This document shows positions 35,202 through 43,479 of a stretch of 62,215 bases of DNA, in pieces. The translations under genes and the position numbers were made by a program. The notes below the pieces were generated by a model that searched no databases, was not told the DNA's origin, and saw only the letters and a list, made by a program, of their open reading frames with translations. The stretch is from IMG/VR virus record IMGVR_UViG_3300044844_001006, positions 1-62,215 of that record; one strand, written 5' to 3'. Within the stretch, counting starts at the first letter, position 1. The number at the start of each line of letters is the position of its first letter. Source of the DNA: a virus (taxonomy: Duplodnaviria > Caudoviricetes).

Positions 35202-36704
35202 TCATGCTGCGTTGGCCCTCATGTAGCGCGCCATCCGCGAGGTGCTGCCGTTTGGCGCGGGTTCAGCAGCCTTGCGGCGGGGCTTCTTCTTGGCCAGCTG
35301 CTCCGGCAGCACCTGCCCCTTGATCCGTGCATAGCGGGCATTCACGGCAGCCCACACCTCCTCATCCAGGAACTCGAAATGCACCGTGCCTTTTTTGTAG
35401 GCGCGGAAGCGGAAGAATCCCCACTCGTACCACTCGCCTGGCCAGAAGATCCCGTCACCGGAAGGCTTCTCAGGTTGGGCCACCTCGTCGTAACTGCGAC
35501 CAGTGATAAAGCAGAGCGCTTTGATTAGGTCGCGGATCTCGTCGCTCTGGCTGCCGTAGGTCTTGAGGTTGACGCCACGGTTGTTGTAGGACAGCTCCGC
35601 CATGTAGGCGCGGATGAAGCGGCGGTTCAGCATGTAGCCGCTGTTCGTGACCCAGCCCTCCACGCCCCAGCGGTTCTCCTTTGTGTGCTTGGTGAGGCTG
35701 TCGATCGCCTGCTCTACGGCACGGTCTACCCGCTGCTCCTGCGTCCCCGCCACGATCTGGAGCATCCGGTAGATGTTCCGCTCGGTGAAGGGGATCTTGG
35801 ACTGCTCCTCCACAAAGGCGTTGATTTCCTTCTGCAGGTTGCTGGTCGCCATCTGCGCGGGCAGAAACGCGGCAAACACGTGCTTCCATGCCGCCTTCTG
35901 CAGGTCCTTGCGAAAGCGGTTGCGGGTGACCGGGGCCCCCTCGACCGTGACCTGCAGGCCAAGCTCCCCACCAAAGAACCCGTCGAGCACGCTGCGCAGG
36001 CGCACCCCGGCTTCTACCTGCTCGTCGAAGATGCGACAGGCCTCCACGTAGCGCTTCACAATGTCGCGGCTGCGGCGGTAAGGGATCAACCCCTCGCCTT
36101 GGGCCTCGATGTCGTCAGGCCCGAGGAAGAACCCATCGAACTCATCAGCGGTGCTTACACGTTGCCCCGGCACCGGCTTGCGAAGGCGCACCATGCCGAC
36201 ACTCACCCGCGTGGGGCGCTCGGCGGTAGTGAAGCATTCGCCTAGGCACTCGCTGCTGCCGTAAGCCTCCACCAGGGTAGCTAACTGCAACTGCAAGCGG
36301 CGGTAGCGGCCTTCGCAGGTGTTCCAGTTGCATAGGGCCACGATCTCGCAGCCGGGCGGGGCGATCTCCCAGGCGTGCAAGATGTGGGCCTCGTCCGCCG
36401 AGAAGGGCGGGTTCATCACGATCAGATCAATGTGCGACACATCGGCGGCTTGGACTTGCAGGAAGTCTTCATGCAGACAACCGCCAAGGTGATGGCCTGG
36501 AATGCCATTCACGATTGAACGCAGCTGCGGCTCTTTCTCGCACCACAGCACCTCAGCAGCGCCACGGTTGAGGCACTCGCGGATCAGGTTGCCACTACCG
36601 GCGCTGGGTTCGAGGATCGTCTTGCCCCGTAGGTCGAGGCAATCGAGCATGGTGGCCGCTACTTCGGGCGGGGTGGGGTAAAAGTCAGAAGAAAATAAAC
36701 TCAT
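35202..36704 (-). CDS. SAM-dependent DNA methyltransferase with a DUF4942-like C terminus
   Basis: DFYPTP, ILEPSAGSG and MNPPF motifs, with C-terminal FFRFRAYKKGTVHFEF. Confidence 0.85.
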   Translation of the reverse strand: MSLFSSDFYPTPPEVAATMLDCLDLRGKTILEPSAGSGNLIRECLNRGAAEVLWCEKEPQLRSIVNGIPGHHLGGCLHEDFLQVQAADVSHIDLIVMNPPFSADEAHILHAWEIAPPGCEIVALCNWNTCEGRYRRLQLQLATLVEAYGSSECLGECFTTAERPTRVSVGMVRLRKPVPGQRVSTADEFDGFFLGPDDIEAQGEGLIPYRRSRDIVKRYVEACRIFDEQVEAGVRLRSVLDGFFGGELGLQVTVEGAPVTRNRFRKDLQKAAWKHVFAAFLPAQMATSNLQKEINAFVEEQSKIPFTERNIYRMLQIVAGTQEQRVDRAVEQAIDSLTKHTKENRWGVEGWVTNSGYMLNRRFIRAYMAELSYNNRGVNLKTYGSQSDEIRDLIKALCFITGRSYDEVAQPEKPSGDGIFWPGEWYEWGFFRFRAYKKGTVHFEFLDEEVWAAVNARYARIKGQVLPEQLAKKKPRRKAAEPAPNGSTSRMARYMRANAA

Positions 36705-36707
36705 GGC

Positions 36708-37877
36708 TCAAAAAGGGGCGCAATGAAAGTCCCCTGGGAGAACCAGCGACCAATCAACCTCAACCGCCGGGTGCAGCGTTCCATCGGCAATGGCGCGGGC
36801 GGCGGTGCCGGGGTCCATGGTGGTGAGGGTCGTGGTAAGGGCAGCCACGAACGCATCCCGGCGCTGCTGCTTGGCCTCCTCAGCCCTAGCAGCCGCCTCC
36901 CGCAGTTCCGCCTCCATCTCAGCTTGCTGCTTGACGCGGGCCGCCTCCCTTGCGGCGGCTTCCTCAGCCCGGCGCTCCGCTTCTTCCTGCGCAAGGCGGG
37001 CCGCCTCCACCTGAGCCAGTGCCTGAGCTTCCCGGGCGGCAATCGCTTCCCGTTCCTTGTGTGCTTGCTCATCAGCAGCAAGACGCTGGCGCTCGGTTTC
37101 AGCTTTACGGGCCAGGCGATCGGCCTCCACCGCTTCCCGTTGAAGCTGCGCAATGCGATCGGCCTCTTCGCGGGCTGCCTTCTCGGCACGTAGAGCCTCC
37201 AGCTCTATGCGCTCCGCTTCCTGTGCAGCCAGGGTGTCGTGCAGGGTCTGCAGCCGCTCTAGTGCCTCAGCGCAGCGGTTGGCGCCAGCCTCGCTGAACT
37301 CTTCCAGCGTGGCGGGGTCAATCGTGGCTAACTCTGCCAAGCGGGCATCAGCGTCTAGGGAGGTTTCAATCCCTTCGGTGAGCGCAGCAATGCGATCCAG
37401 GACAGCCCGGTGCGCTTCGATGCGGGCCTCTTCCCGAGCCTCAATCGCCTTGATGGCCGTTTCGTGCGGCTCGATCAGGCCTTGAACGGCTGCTTCCAGC
37501 GTCTTGGCGGTTTCATCAACCGTCTTGCCGCGGTGGAGATGAACTGCCTTGGCGTCCTTCCGGGCTCTCTCAATCTTGCCCTTGAGCTGACGCAGCTCGT
37601 AAACCCAGGAGCGGGCCTGCTTGTTGTCCCACTTGTCGTCGTAGTCAAAGACCTTGCTGGGGGCCTCTCCTTCGGCGATAGCGATGTCACAGGCGATAGC
37701 TTCCCATCGGCTGATCGCCTGCGCTTCGGCTGCCGGAACAATGGCGGCTTGGGGGGCGGCAGTGGCCTCCGCAGCGGCTGGGGCCTCGGCGGGCAGCACC
37801 TCTGCGGTGACGGCTGGGGGTGCTGCGGTGGTGGCTTTGGCGGTTTTGGCTCTGGCCTTGGTGGTGGTGGCGGTCAT
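36708..37877 (-). CDS. Coiled-coil hypothetical protein
   Basis: About 389 aa, Ala/Glu/Arg-rich, with an LKGKIERARKDAKA...GKTVDETAK motif. Confidence 0.75.
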   Translation of the reverse strand: MTATTTKARAKTAKATTAAPPAVTAEVLPAEAPAAAEATAAPQAAIVPAAEAQAISRWEAIACDIAIAEGEAPSKVFDYDDKWDNKQARSWVYELRQLKGKIERARKDAKAVHLHRGKTVDETAKTLEAAVQGLIEPHETAIKAIEAREEARIEAHRAVLDRIAALTEGIETSLDADARLAELATIDPATLEEFSEAGANRCAEALERLQTLHDTLAAQEAERIELEALRAEKAAREEADRIAQLQREAVEADRLARKAETERQRLAADEQAHKEREAIAAREAQALAQVEAARLAQEEAERRAEEAAAREAARVKQQAEMEAELREAAARAEEAKQQRRDAFVAALTTTLTTMDPGTAARAIADGTLHPAVEVDWSLVLPGDFHCAPF

Positions 37878-37969
37878 GTGGTGGTGATCGTTTCGGAACG
37901 ACCTAGGTACGATACCATTTTGAAACCGCAACGGCTTAGGCCAGCGGCAATTCATCACGAAACACCACC

Positions 37970-38617
37970 ATGGCAGCCACCACCAAGACCAAAACCCAAG
38001 CCCCCGAGGAGGCCATCAGCATCAAGGCGCCGGATTTCCGGTTCCTGGAGATCAACATCCGAGGCACCAGCCCCCTCGTGGTCAACCGCTTCTCGGCGAA
38101 AGCCATCGAGATGATGCGGGCCACGCAGGAGGCAGGTAGCGCCGCTAAGTCCAAAAAGACGCGGGAGCCGAAAGATTTCGATGCCCTGTTTGAGAACGCC
38201 AAACACGTCTCAAACGACGGCTGGGAAGGGATCCATGCTGCCGCCTTCCGCAATGGCGCCATCAGTGCCTGCAGGGCTGTTGGCTACAAGATGACCCACG
38301 CAAAGCTGGCGTTTTGCGTGCTGGCCGATGGCTTCGACCGCGTAGACGGTGCCCCGCTGGTGCGCATTTCCGAGGGAGAGGCTGAGCAGTGGGTGGCCCC
38401 AACCCGGAACGCTACAGGTGTAGTCGATCTGCGCTGCCGTCCGATGTACCGGGAATGGGCTGCCGTGTTGCGGATCCGTTACGACGCGGGGATGCTCAGC
38501 TCCAGCGATGTGGTGAACCTGATCAGCCGCGTAGGGCTCCAGGTCGGCATCGGCGAGGGGCGACCCGATAGCAAAGCCAGTGCAGGACTTGGGTTTGGCC
38601 TTTTTGAGATCACCTGA
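37970..38617 (+). CDS. RAMP/Cas7-like protein B (215 aa)
   Basis: LEINIRGTSPLVV, GIHAAAFRNGAISA, DLRCRPMYREW and glycine-rich loop GLQVGIGEGRP...GLGFGLFEI. Same motif layout as 7553-8182. Confidence 0.75.
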   Translation: MAATTKTKTQAPEEAISIKAPDFRFLEINIRGTSPLVVNRFSAKAIEMMRATQEAGSAAKSKKTREPKDFDALFENAKHVSNDGWEGIHAAAFRNGAISACRAVGYKMTHAKLAFCVLADGFDRVDGAPLVRISEGEAEQWVAPTRNATGVVDLRCRPMYREWAAVLRIRYDAGMLSSSDVVNLISRVGLQVGIGEGRPDSKASAGLGFGLFEIT

Positions 38618-38769
38618 TGAAAGACCCAACCGCCAATCAATTCGCCATAACTCTGCTGTTACTCCTGACAGCGTGGGCCGTGTGCTTCCTGTGGTTCAAT
38701 CCAACCGGCTGGACAGTTGCGTTTGTGCTGGTCGCTGTTGCATTTCGAGTGGCCCCACGGTTTTTATGA
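38617..38769 (+). CDS. Small two-helix membrane protein (50 aa)
   Basis: TGATG-coupled. MKDPTANQFAITLLLLLTAWAVCFLWFNPTGWTVAFVLVAVAFRVAPRFL, hand translated. Confidence 0.6.
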   Translation: MKDPTANQFAITLLLLLTAWAVCFLWFNPTGWTVAFVLVAVAFRVAPRFL

Positions 38770-39535
38770 CGCAGGCATGGCAGGCATGGTGCGGAAGGCG
38801 TGGCCGCGACTCGCAAGTGTTGGCGCGGCAGGCATGGCCCGGTCAGGTCGGAACGGCCAAGCCGGGAGGGCGTGGCAGGACAGGCATAGCAGGCATGGCT
38901 TCGGAAGGCACGGCCAGGCCAGCCCTGGCAGGCAAGGTGTGGCCACGGTGGAAGATCAGGCGCGGCTGGCTAGGTGTGGTCGGGCTAGAGCAAGGCACGG
39001 CTGGCAAGGCCTCCTGGGCACGAGCACGCGGGGCATGGCAGGCGAGGTAATGAGGGCATGGCTGGGTCTGGTGTGGCAGGGTGCTGCAGGCATGGCTAGG
39101 TGCGGAAGACAGGCTCGGCAGGCACGGCAGGCAAGGCGACGATGGGCCTGGAAGGCACGGCCAAGCAAGGCAGGCGTGGTAGCGACGGCAGGATCAGGCA
39201 TGGATTGGCAGGCACGGCGTGGCGAGATCAGGAGCGATCGAGGAACGGCAAGGGACGGCAGGCATGGCTGGCTAGGTGAGATCTGGCGTTACTTGGGCTG
39301 GCGAGGTGAGACGCGGCAGGCATGGCACGGTCTGGATGGGTAGGGACTGGCAGGCCTGGTAGGCAAGGCCTGGTGGTGTACGTCGTCGCAGGCACGGCGA
39401 GGGAGGCCCGGTGAGCATGGCGGGGCGAGGCGCCGCAGGCCTGGCTTGACGGCGTAAGGCACCGCACGATGCGGCTCGGCTGGCGTGTTGCGGTTGCCAA
39501 ATGGCAGCAGAATAGGGGTCCGAATGGGCCCCCCT
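38770..39535 (+). ncRNA. Array B: ~730 bp of GGY-NN pentamer repeats punctuated by GGCA/GGCT tetramers (candidate guide RNA array)
   Basis: For example GGCAT GGCTG GGTCT GGTGT GGCAG GGTGC. Recurrent GCAGGCATGG boundaries, ending in a GGGGTCC-GAAT-GGGCCCC hairpin. Confidence 0.82.
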
Positions 39536-39556
39536 CATTCACTATCCCCTGATGAC

Positions 39557-40123
39557 ATGAACGACTGGGACTTGATCAAGGCTGAACCTGAATACGTCTT
39601 CCGAATCGAAGATGGCGAGGAAGTGATGGGCATTGATGCCCAGACCGCTGGCAGCGAGCTAGACCGCATCAGGCGGCGTGATGGCACGATCCGCCCTGCT
39701 GCGGTGGTGGACGAGGCCAGGCCCGAGGAGGCTCCCTTGCATCCGGCGTTTGAGTGGCGCGATCCGGTGGCCGCTGAACAGTGGCGCGAGCATCAGGCCA
39801 CCACCCTAATCAAGGTGGTGCGGGTGGTGCCTGCTGCTCCAGTAGCGCCCCGCGTAGCATCGGTGCGGCCGGTGATGCAGGCGGCAGCACCGGTGGTCGA
39901 GCGCTATGACCCGATGGCTAAGGAGGTACTGGAGGCCGTGGGCCTAGTGGTGGAGGCTCGCCGCAAGGTTGAGGAGCTGAAACTACGCACCCAGCGCATG
40001 GGTGATCGCAAGTCGATGGCGGTGCTGGGAGTCGCCTTCGGGATGCTGGACGAGGCCCATGAAGCGTTGACTAACTGTCAGGTCAGCAGCACATGGGAGC
40101 GTCAACTGCAGCAGGCCCGGTGA
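39557..40123 (+). CDS. Hypothetical protein, accessory gene of locus B
   Basis: 188 aa, with GSELDRI...PAAVVDEARPEEAPLHPAFEWRDPVAAEQWR...ATTLI. Confidence 0.8.
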   Translation: MNDWDLIKAEPEYVFRIEDGEEVMGIDAQTAGSELDRIRRRDGTIRPAAVVDEARPEEAPLHPAFEWRDPVAAEQWREHQATTLIKVVRVVPAAPVAPRVASVRPVMQAAAPVVERYDPMAKEVLEAVGLVVEARRKVEELKLRTQRMGDRKSMAVLGVAFGMLDEAHEALTNCQVSSTWERQLQQAR

Positions 40124-40140
40124 GACTGTGGCGGAGATCG

Positions 40141-40168
40141 AGGGGGCCGTGGGGCCCCTTTTTTATTG
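40141..40168 (+). terminator. Intrinsic terminator closing locus B
   Basis: AGGGGGCCGTGGGGCCCC followed by a T-tract. Confidence 0.7.
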
Positions 40169-40191
40169 GCTGGCTACACGGTGTCCGGGGG

Positions 40192-40482
40192 TTACTTACC
40201 CTTCGGCTGACCATCGGGTCCAATGGGGATTCCGCCGACATACCAACGCTTCATGGATTCAAATGCGAGGGACGTATCCACCTCATCCGAGTAGCGGGCA
40301 TAGGCGGCGGGATCGGCACCTTCCATCGGGTGACGGGTGCCGAGATAGCCGATGGATCCCCCGCGCCAGATGGTTCCGCAATCGGCAGCAGCCTCATGGG
40401 CACGAGCTAAGGCGCAACGGCTGGCATTTTCAGCCCAGGAATGGAAAACAGAAGTAGGAGCGGGAGCGGTGGCGGCGATCAT
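40192..40482 (-). CDS. Hypothetical protein
   Basis: MIAATAPAP..., ATG after a CCA-rich leader. Confidence 0.55.
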   Translation of the reverse strand: MIAATAPAPTSVFHSWAENASRCALARAHEAAADCGTIWRGGSIGYLGTRHPMEGADPAAYARYSDEVDTSLAFESMKRWYVGGIPIGPDGQPKGK

Positions 40483-40537
40483 GGCGGTCGGTGGGGTGGT
40501 GGTGTGGTTGCCGGATGGGCTCCGGAGGGCCGTGGGG

Positions 40538-40714
40538 TCACCAGCGGGCAACCCGTTGCTCTAGTGCTTTAAGAGCTTCAAAGTCGTACTGGCTCAGGGA
40601 TCCGCTGCTGCCGTTAGCTAGCTGGCTGATAGCCAGGCAGATCAGCCCCATTTCTGTGTCGCGGAGTTCGATCTGGCGGATGGGCTCGGCTTTGAATGCT
40701 TCGATGTTGGTCAT
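40538..40714 (-). CDS. Small hypothetical protein (58 aa)
   Basis: MTNIEAFKAEPIRQIELRD..., hand translated. Follows the repeated promoter. Confidence 0.6.
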   Translation of the reverse strand: MTNIEAFKAEPIRQIELRDTEMGLICLAISQLANGSSGSLSQYDFEALKALEQRVARW

Positions 40715-40836
40715 GACTGGCGGTGGGTGGCGGGGCTCTCGTCCCCTGTCTTCATAGTGTAGCGCTTAGCGTTACGGTCAGCGGGACCAGGGCAGGCCAG
40801 TTCACAAATCGTCGCAATCTGGCCGGTCGGCTGAGA

Positions 40837-41112
40837 TTAGAGGTGATCGCTTGCCTGCGCCATCCAGGCCTCGACGTATGCCTGCACCTCGGCCAGCTTG
40901 CGGAACATCTCAGCCCGCTCGTCTCGGGCCTGCTGCCAGGCGGCAGCGCCTTGCGGGTAGAAGTCGCGGGCGTTGCAGGTGGCGGCGGCTAGGGCGTCGC
41001 TGGCCCTGTCGATGGCCTGGTAGACGGCGTGGTACTCATCGGCCAGGGACTTGGCCCCGGTGCCGTTCATGTGGATGGTGGGCAGGGCGTAGGCGGTGGT
41101 GGTGGCGGGCAT
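40837..41112 (-). CDS. Hypothetical protein
   Basis: 91 aa, LPTIHMNGTG...NARDFYPQG. Confidence 0.7.
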   Translation of the reverse strand: MPATTTAYALPTIHMNGTGAKSLADEYHAVYQAIDRASDALAAATCNARDFYPQGAAAWQQARDERAEMFRKLAEVQAYVEAWMAQASDHL

Positions 41113-41172
41113 TGGTCGGAGGCGGTGGGTTGGTGGTTTGGTTGCCGGATGGGCTCTGGAGGGCCGTGGGGG

Positions 41173-41550
41173 TCAGAAGCTGCCGTACTTGACACCGTGC
41201 TTTGCGGTGATTGATTTCTTCTTTGCTGTGCACGCCTCGCGGAGTGCCGTTTCATGGTCGGACATCCAACCCTTTGCTTCGCTGGCGGCAGTCGCCATGA
41301 AGGCCCGCAGGCTGCGGCATTCGTCACTGGTCCGGTACTCCCAAGAGGCTCGGCCGATTGCGGCGGCGGCCTCTTGGAAGACTTCTTGTTTGATCTGCTT
41401 TTGGGTCTTGCCGCTGTTGCGGGCGGCGCAGGTCCGGCCGTAGTGGAGAATCCCGCCGTCGCTCAGCTGCATAGCGACCGTGGCCTTGAGGTCGGTGCGT
41501 CCGCAGCAGTCGCAGGTATCAATTTCGTCGGTGATGTAGAGGGCTTTCAT
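41173..41550 (-). CDS. Zn-finger-like hypothetical protein
   Basis: TCDCCGRTDLKATV...HYGRTCA. Confidence 0.7.
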   Translation of the reverse strand: MKALYITDEIDTCDCCGRTDLKATVAMQLSDGGILHYGRTCAARNSGKTQKQIKQEVFQEAAAAIGRASWEYRTSDECRSLRAFMATAASEAKGWMSDHETALREACTAKKKSITAKHGVKYGSF

Positions 41551-41656
41551 GGTCGGTGGCCTGGTGGTGGGTGGTGGGAGATCTCCCTCCCGGTTCCCAT
41601 ACTGTAGCGCCTAGCGTTACGGCACAGGAGCCAGCGGGAGGCCTGTTCACAACCCG

Positions 41657-41896
41657 TCACACTGTCCGCCGCCGGGCTCGGCTCTGCCGCACCCGCTCAG
41701 CCTTGGCATCTCTGCCCTCTGGGGTCAGCCGTTCCCAGCACCTACGGCACAGCTCCCCGTAGGTTGGCTTGCTGGTGTTTCCGCCGCTTGTGTTGCGACC
41801 GCAAGCGGCGCAGACGGGCGGCTGCCAGGGGGTGCCAGCCTGCTGCCGCTGGCGGAAGCGGCGCTGCCGATCGGCAGCGGTGGGGTCGTTAGGCAT
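41657..41896 (-). CDS. Small basic Zn-finger protein
   Basis: MPNDPTAADRQRRFR...CAACG...LCRRCW. Confidence 0.6.
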   Translation of the reverse strand: MPNDPTAADRQRRFRQRQQAGTPWQPPVCAACGRNTSGGNTSKPTYGELCRRCWERLTPEGRDAKAERVRQSRARRRTV

Positions 41897-42060
41897 TGGC
41901 ACTGTGGCGGCTAAATAGCGCTTCCCGTGCAGCATCACCGGCATTTGAGGCGCGGCGGTAAGCAGGGCTTTGGCCTTCGCGGCTTCGGATGGTATCCGCA
42001 GCTTCGATGAGGGCAAAGTGAGCGGCTTGCAGAGCTTTTGTTAGGTCGGCGGCGGCGGGG

Positions 42061-42249
42061 TCAGGCATCCTGCACCTCCACCATGGCGGGCCAGTCGGGC
42101 ATGGTCGGGTCGTAGGCGTCTTCGAGAGCCTGGCGAAGTTCGGCGCGGGTGACGCGAATCACGCCGCCATCGGCGCCCCATTCGTGGAAGTGGCTGCCCA
42201 AGTGCGTCCGGGCTAGAAGGTCGTCAACAGTTGGGATGGGCTGGGTCAT
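42061..42249 (-). CDS. Small hypothetical protein
   Basis: MTQPIPTVDDLL... Confidence 0.5.
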   Translation of the reverse strand: MTQPIPTVDDLLARTHLGSHFHEWGADGGVIRVTRAELRQALEDAYDPTMPDWPAMVEVQDA

Positions 42250-42304
42250 GGTTGTTGCTGCAGTGGGATGAGTTGCCGGGGCAGGCCCCCGGCGGGCAGG
42301 GGGG

Positions 42305-42466
42305 TCAGGCGGCTTTGACGTGGAGGCCTTGAGCGATCTCTTTAAGTTCGGATTCAGTGCGGAAGACCAGCATGAGCCAAAAATCTCCGGTGACTGCAAG
42401 GTTGTTGGCCTTGATGACGTTCATGATGTCGTGGCGGAGGGCTTGCTTGCGTTGGGTGGTGGTCAT
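42305..42466 (-). CDS. Small hypothetical protein
   Basis: MTTTQRKQALRHDI..., first gene after a repeated promoter. Confidence 0.55.
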   Translation of the reverse strand: MTTTQRKQALRHDIMNVIKANNLAVTGDFWLMLVFRTESELKEIAQGLHVKAA

Positions 42467-42571
42467 GGCTGGTGGTGGGTGGTGGAAGCTCTTGCCCCCG
42501 ATGCACATACTGTAGCGCCTAGCGTAACGGTCAGCAGGGCCAAGGCAGGCCAGTTCACATAACGTCACACG

Positions 42572-42760
42572 CTACGCGAGCAGTTGCCGCACCCTCCAGC
42601 GGCTGCACCCCAGCCGCTCGGCGATGCGCTGCTGGCTGAGCCCCTGGCGCTTCCAGCGCCGGGCCCGGTCGCGTTTGGTTTCGAGGGCCCAGGCGATAAC
42701 AACCAGGACGATCAACAGGGGCGTGAGCACCCACAGCAGGGCGCATGAAATGGCGGTCAT
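42572..42760 (-). CDS. Membrane-anchored HTH protein
   Basis: Hydrophobic N terminus plus GLSQQRIAERLGCSRWRVRQLL. Confidence 0.7.
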   Translation of the reverse strand: MTAISCALLWVLTPLLIVLVVIAWALETKRDRARRWKRQGLSQQRIAERLGCSRWRVRQLLA

Positions 42761-43047
42761 GGTTCGGTAGTGGTGGTGACCAACCGGGGCCGCTCAGGGC
42801 CTCGCCGGTTGGGTGGAAATGGTTTGCTCCCGGACTACTGGGAGCGGTTCGGCCCGGTTTGACGCCTATGGCCGGCTGGCAGTCGGATCGTTCCGACCCG
42901 CTCATCATAGAGCCTAGAGCCGCCGATCGGTTGTGCAGTTGCAACATTCCGAAACACTGCTTACTGGTATGATGCAGGAGCAACGGGGTGGTTCCTGTTG
43001 CGTCAGGCCGGTCGGCCTGGTGGTGAGCGAAGCCCTTGGCGTGATCG

Positions 43048-43479
43048 TCAGGGGCTTTGCTTTTGGAGCGGGATCAGGGTGATCAATGCGCCCGGTTTCT
43101 CCAGCCCCACGCAGTAGCGCTTCTGCCAGGTGCAGCTCACGATGCGAGCGTCATCCTCCAACAGGGAACCCGTGAGGCCGTCTTCGGTGCTTCTGAGCAA
43201 CTTGGACCCGTCAGGCTTGACAGCGTGATGCTCGGGGGCTGAAGACCGCAGGGCACCTTTAGGCGTGTAGTGCCCCTTGGGCCGCAGGAACAGGAACACC
43301 ACCGACATAGAAACGGGCCCCCGGATGATCGGGAGCCCGGTAGCAATGGCGGCGCTGGTGACCAGCGCTCGCCAGGGTTTGACGTTGCGGCAGGATTCAA
43401 TCATCACCCCCTTGCCAAGGTGGCGCTTGCTCCCTTGCGGTGCCGGCGCCATGCCCTCGACTCGGAAGGTGTAGGCCAT
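43048..43479 (-). CDS. rusA: RusA-family Holliday junction resolvase
   Basis: PAPQGSKR...KPDGSKLLRSTEDGL...EDDARIV. Confidence 0.88.
   Translation of the reverse strand: MAYTFRVEGMAPAPQGSKRHLGKGVMIESCRNVKPWRALVTSAAIATGLPIIRGPVSMSVVFLFLRPKGHYTPKGALRSSAPEHHAVKPDGSKLLRSTEDGLTGSLLEDDARIVSCTWQKRYCVGLEKPGALITLIPLQKQSP

Larger units (their letters stand above)
40497..41175 (-). repeat. Two copies of a ~40-bp intergenic element
   Basis: TGGTTGCCGGATGGGCTC(C/T)GGAGGGCCGTGGGG at about 40505 and 41139, each between a stop codon and the next gene's leader. Confidence 0.85.
40755..42560 (-). promoter_or_regulatory. Three copies of a promoter/operator cassette with a 17-bp dyad
   Basis: GTAGCGCYTAGCGTWAC at 40759, 41604 and 42512. 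Each overlaps TACA(C/G)TAT on the minus strand and has GGCC(A/T)GTTCACA about 20 bp away. Confidence 0.75.

Noticed and set aside
38580-39542. ORFs 38580-39050, 38717-39343, 38956-39201 and 39228-39542 as proteins
   Set aside because: They are low-complexity translations of the GGY-NN repeats, open in several frames on both strands.
40759-42528. NtcA boxes in the triplicated promoter
   Set aside because: Spacing is GTA-N11-TAC, not the GTA-N8-TAC of NtcA.
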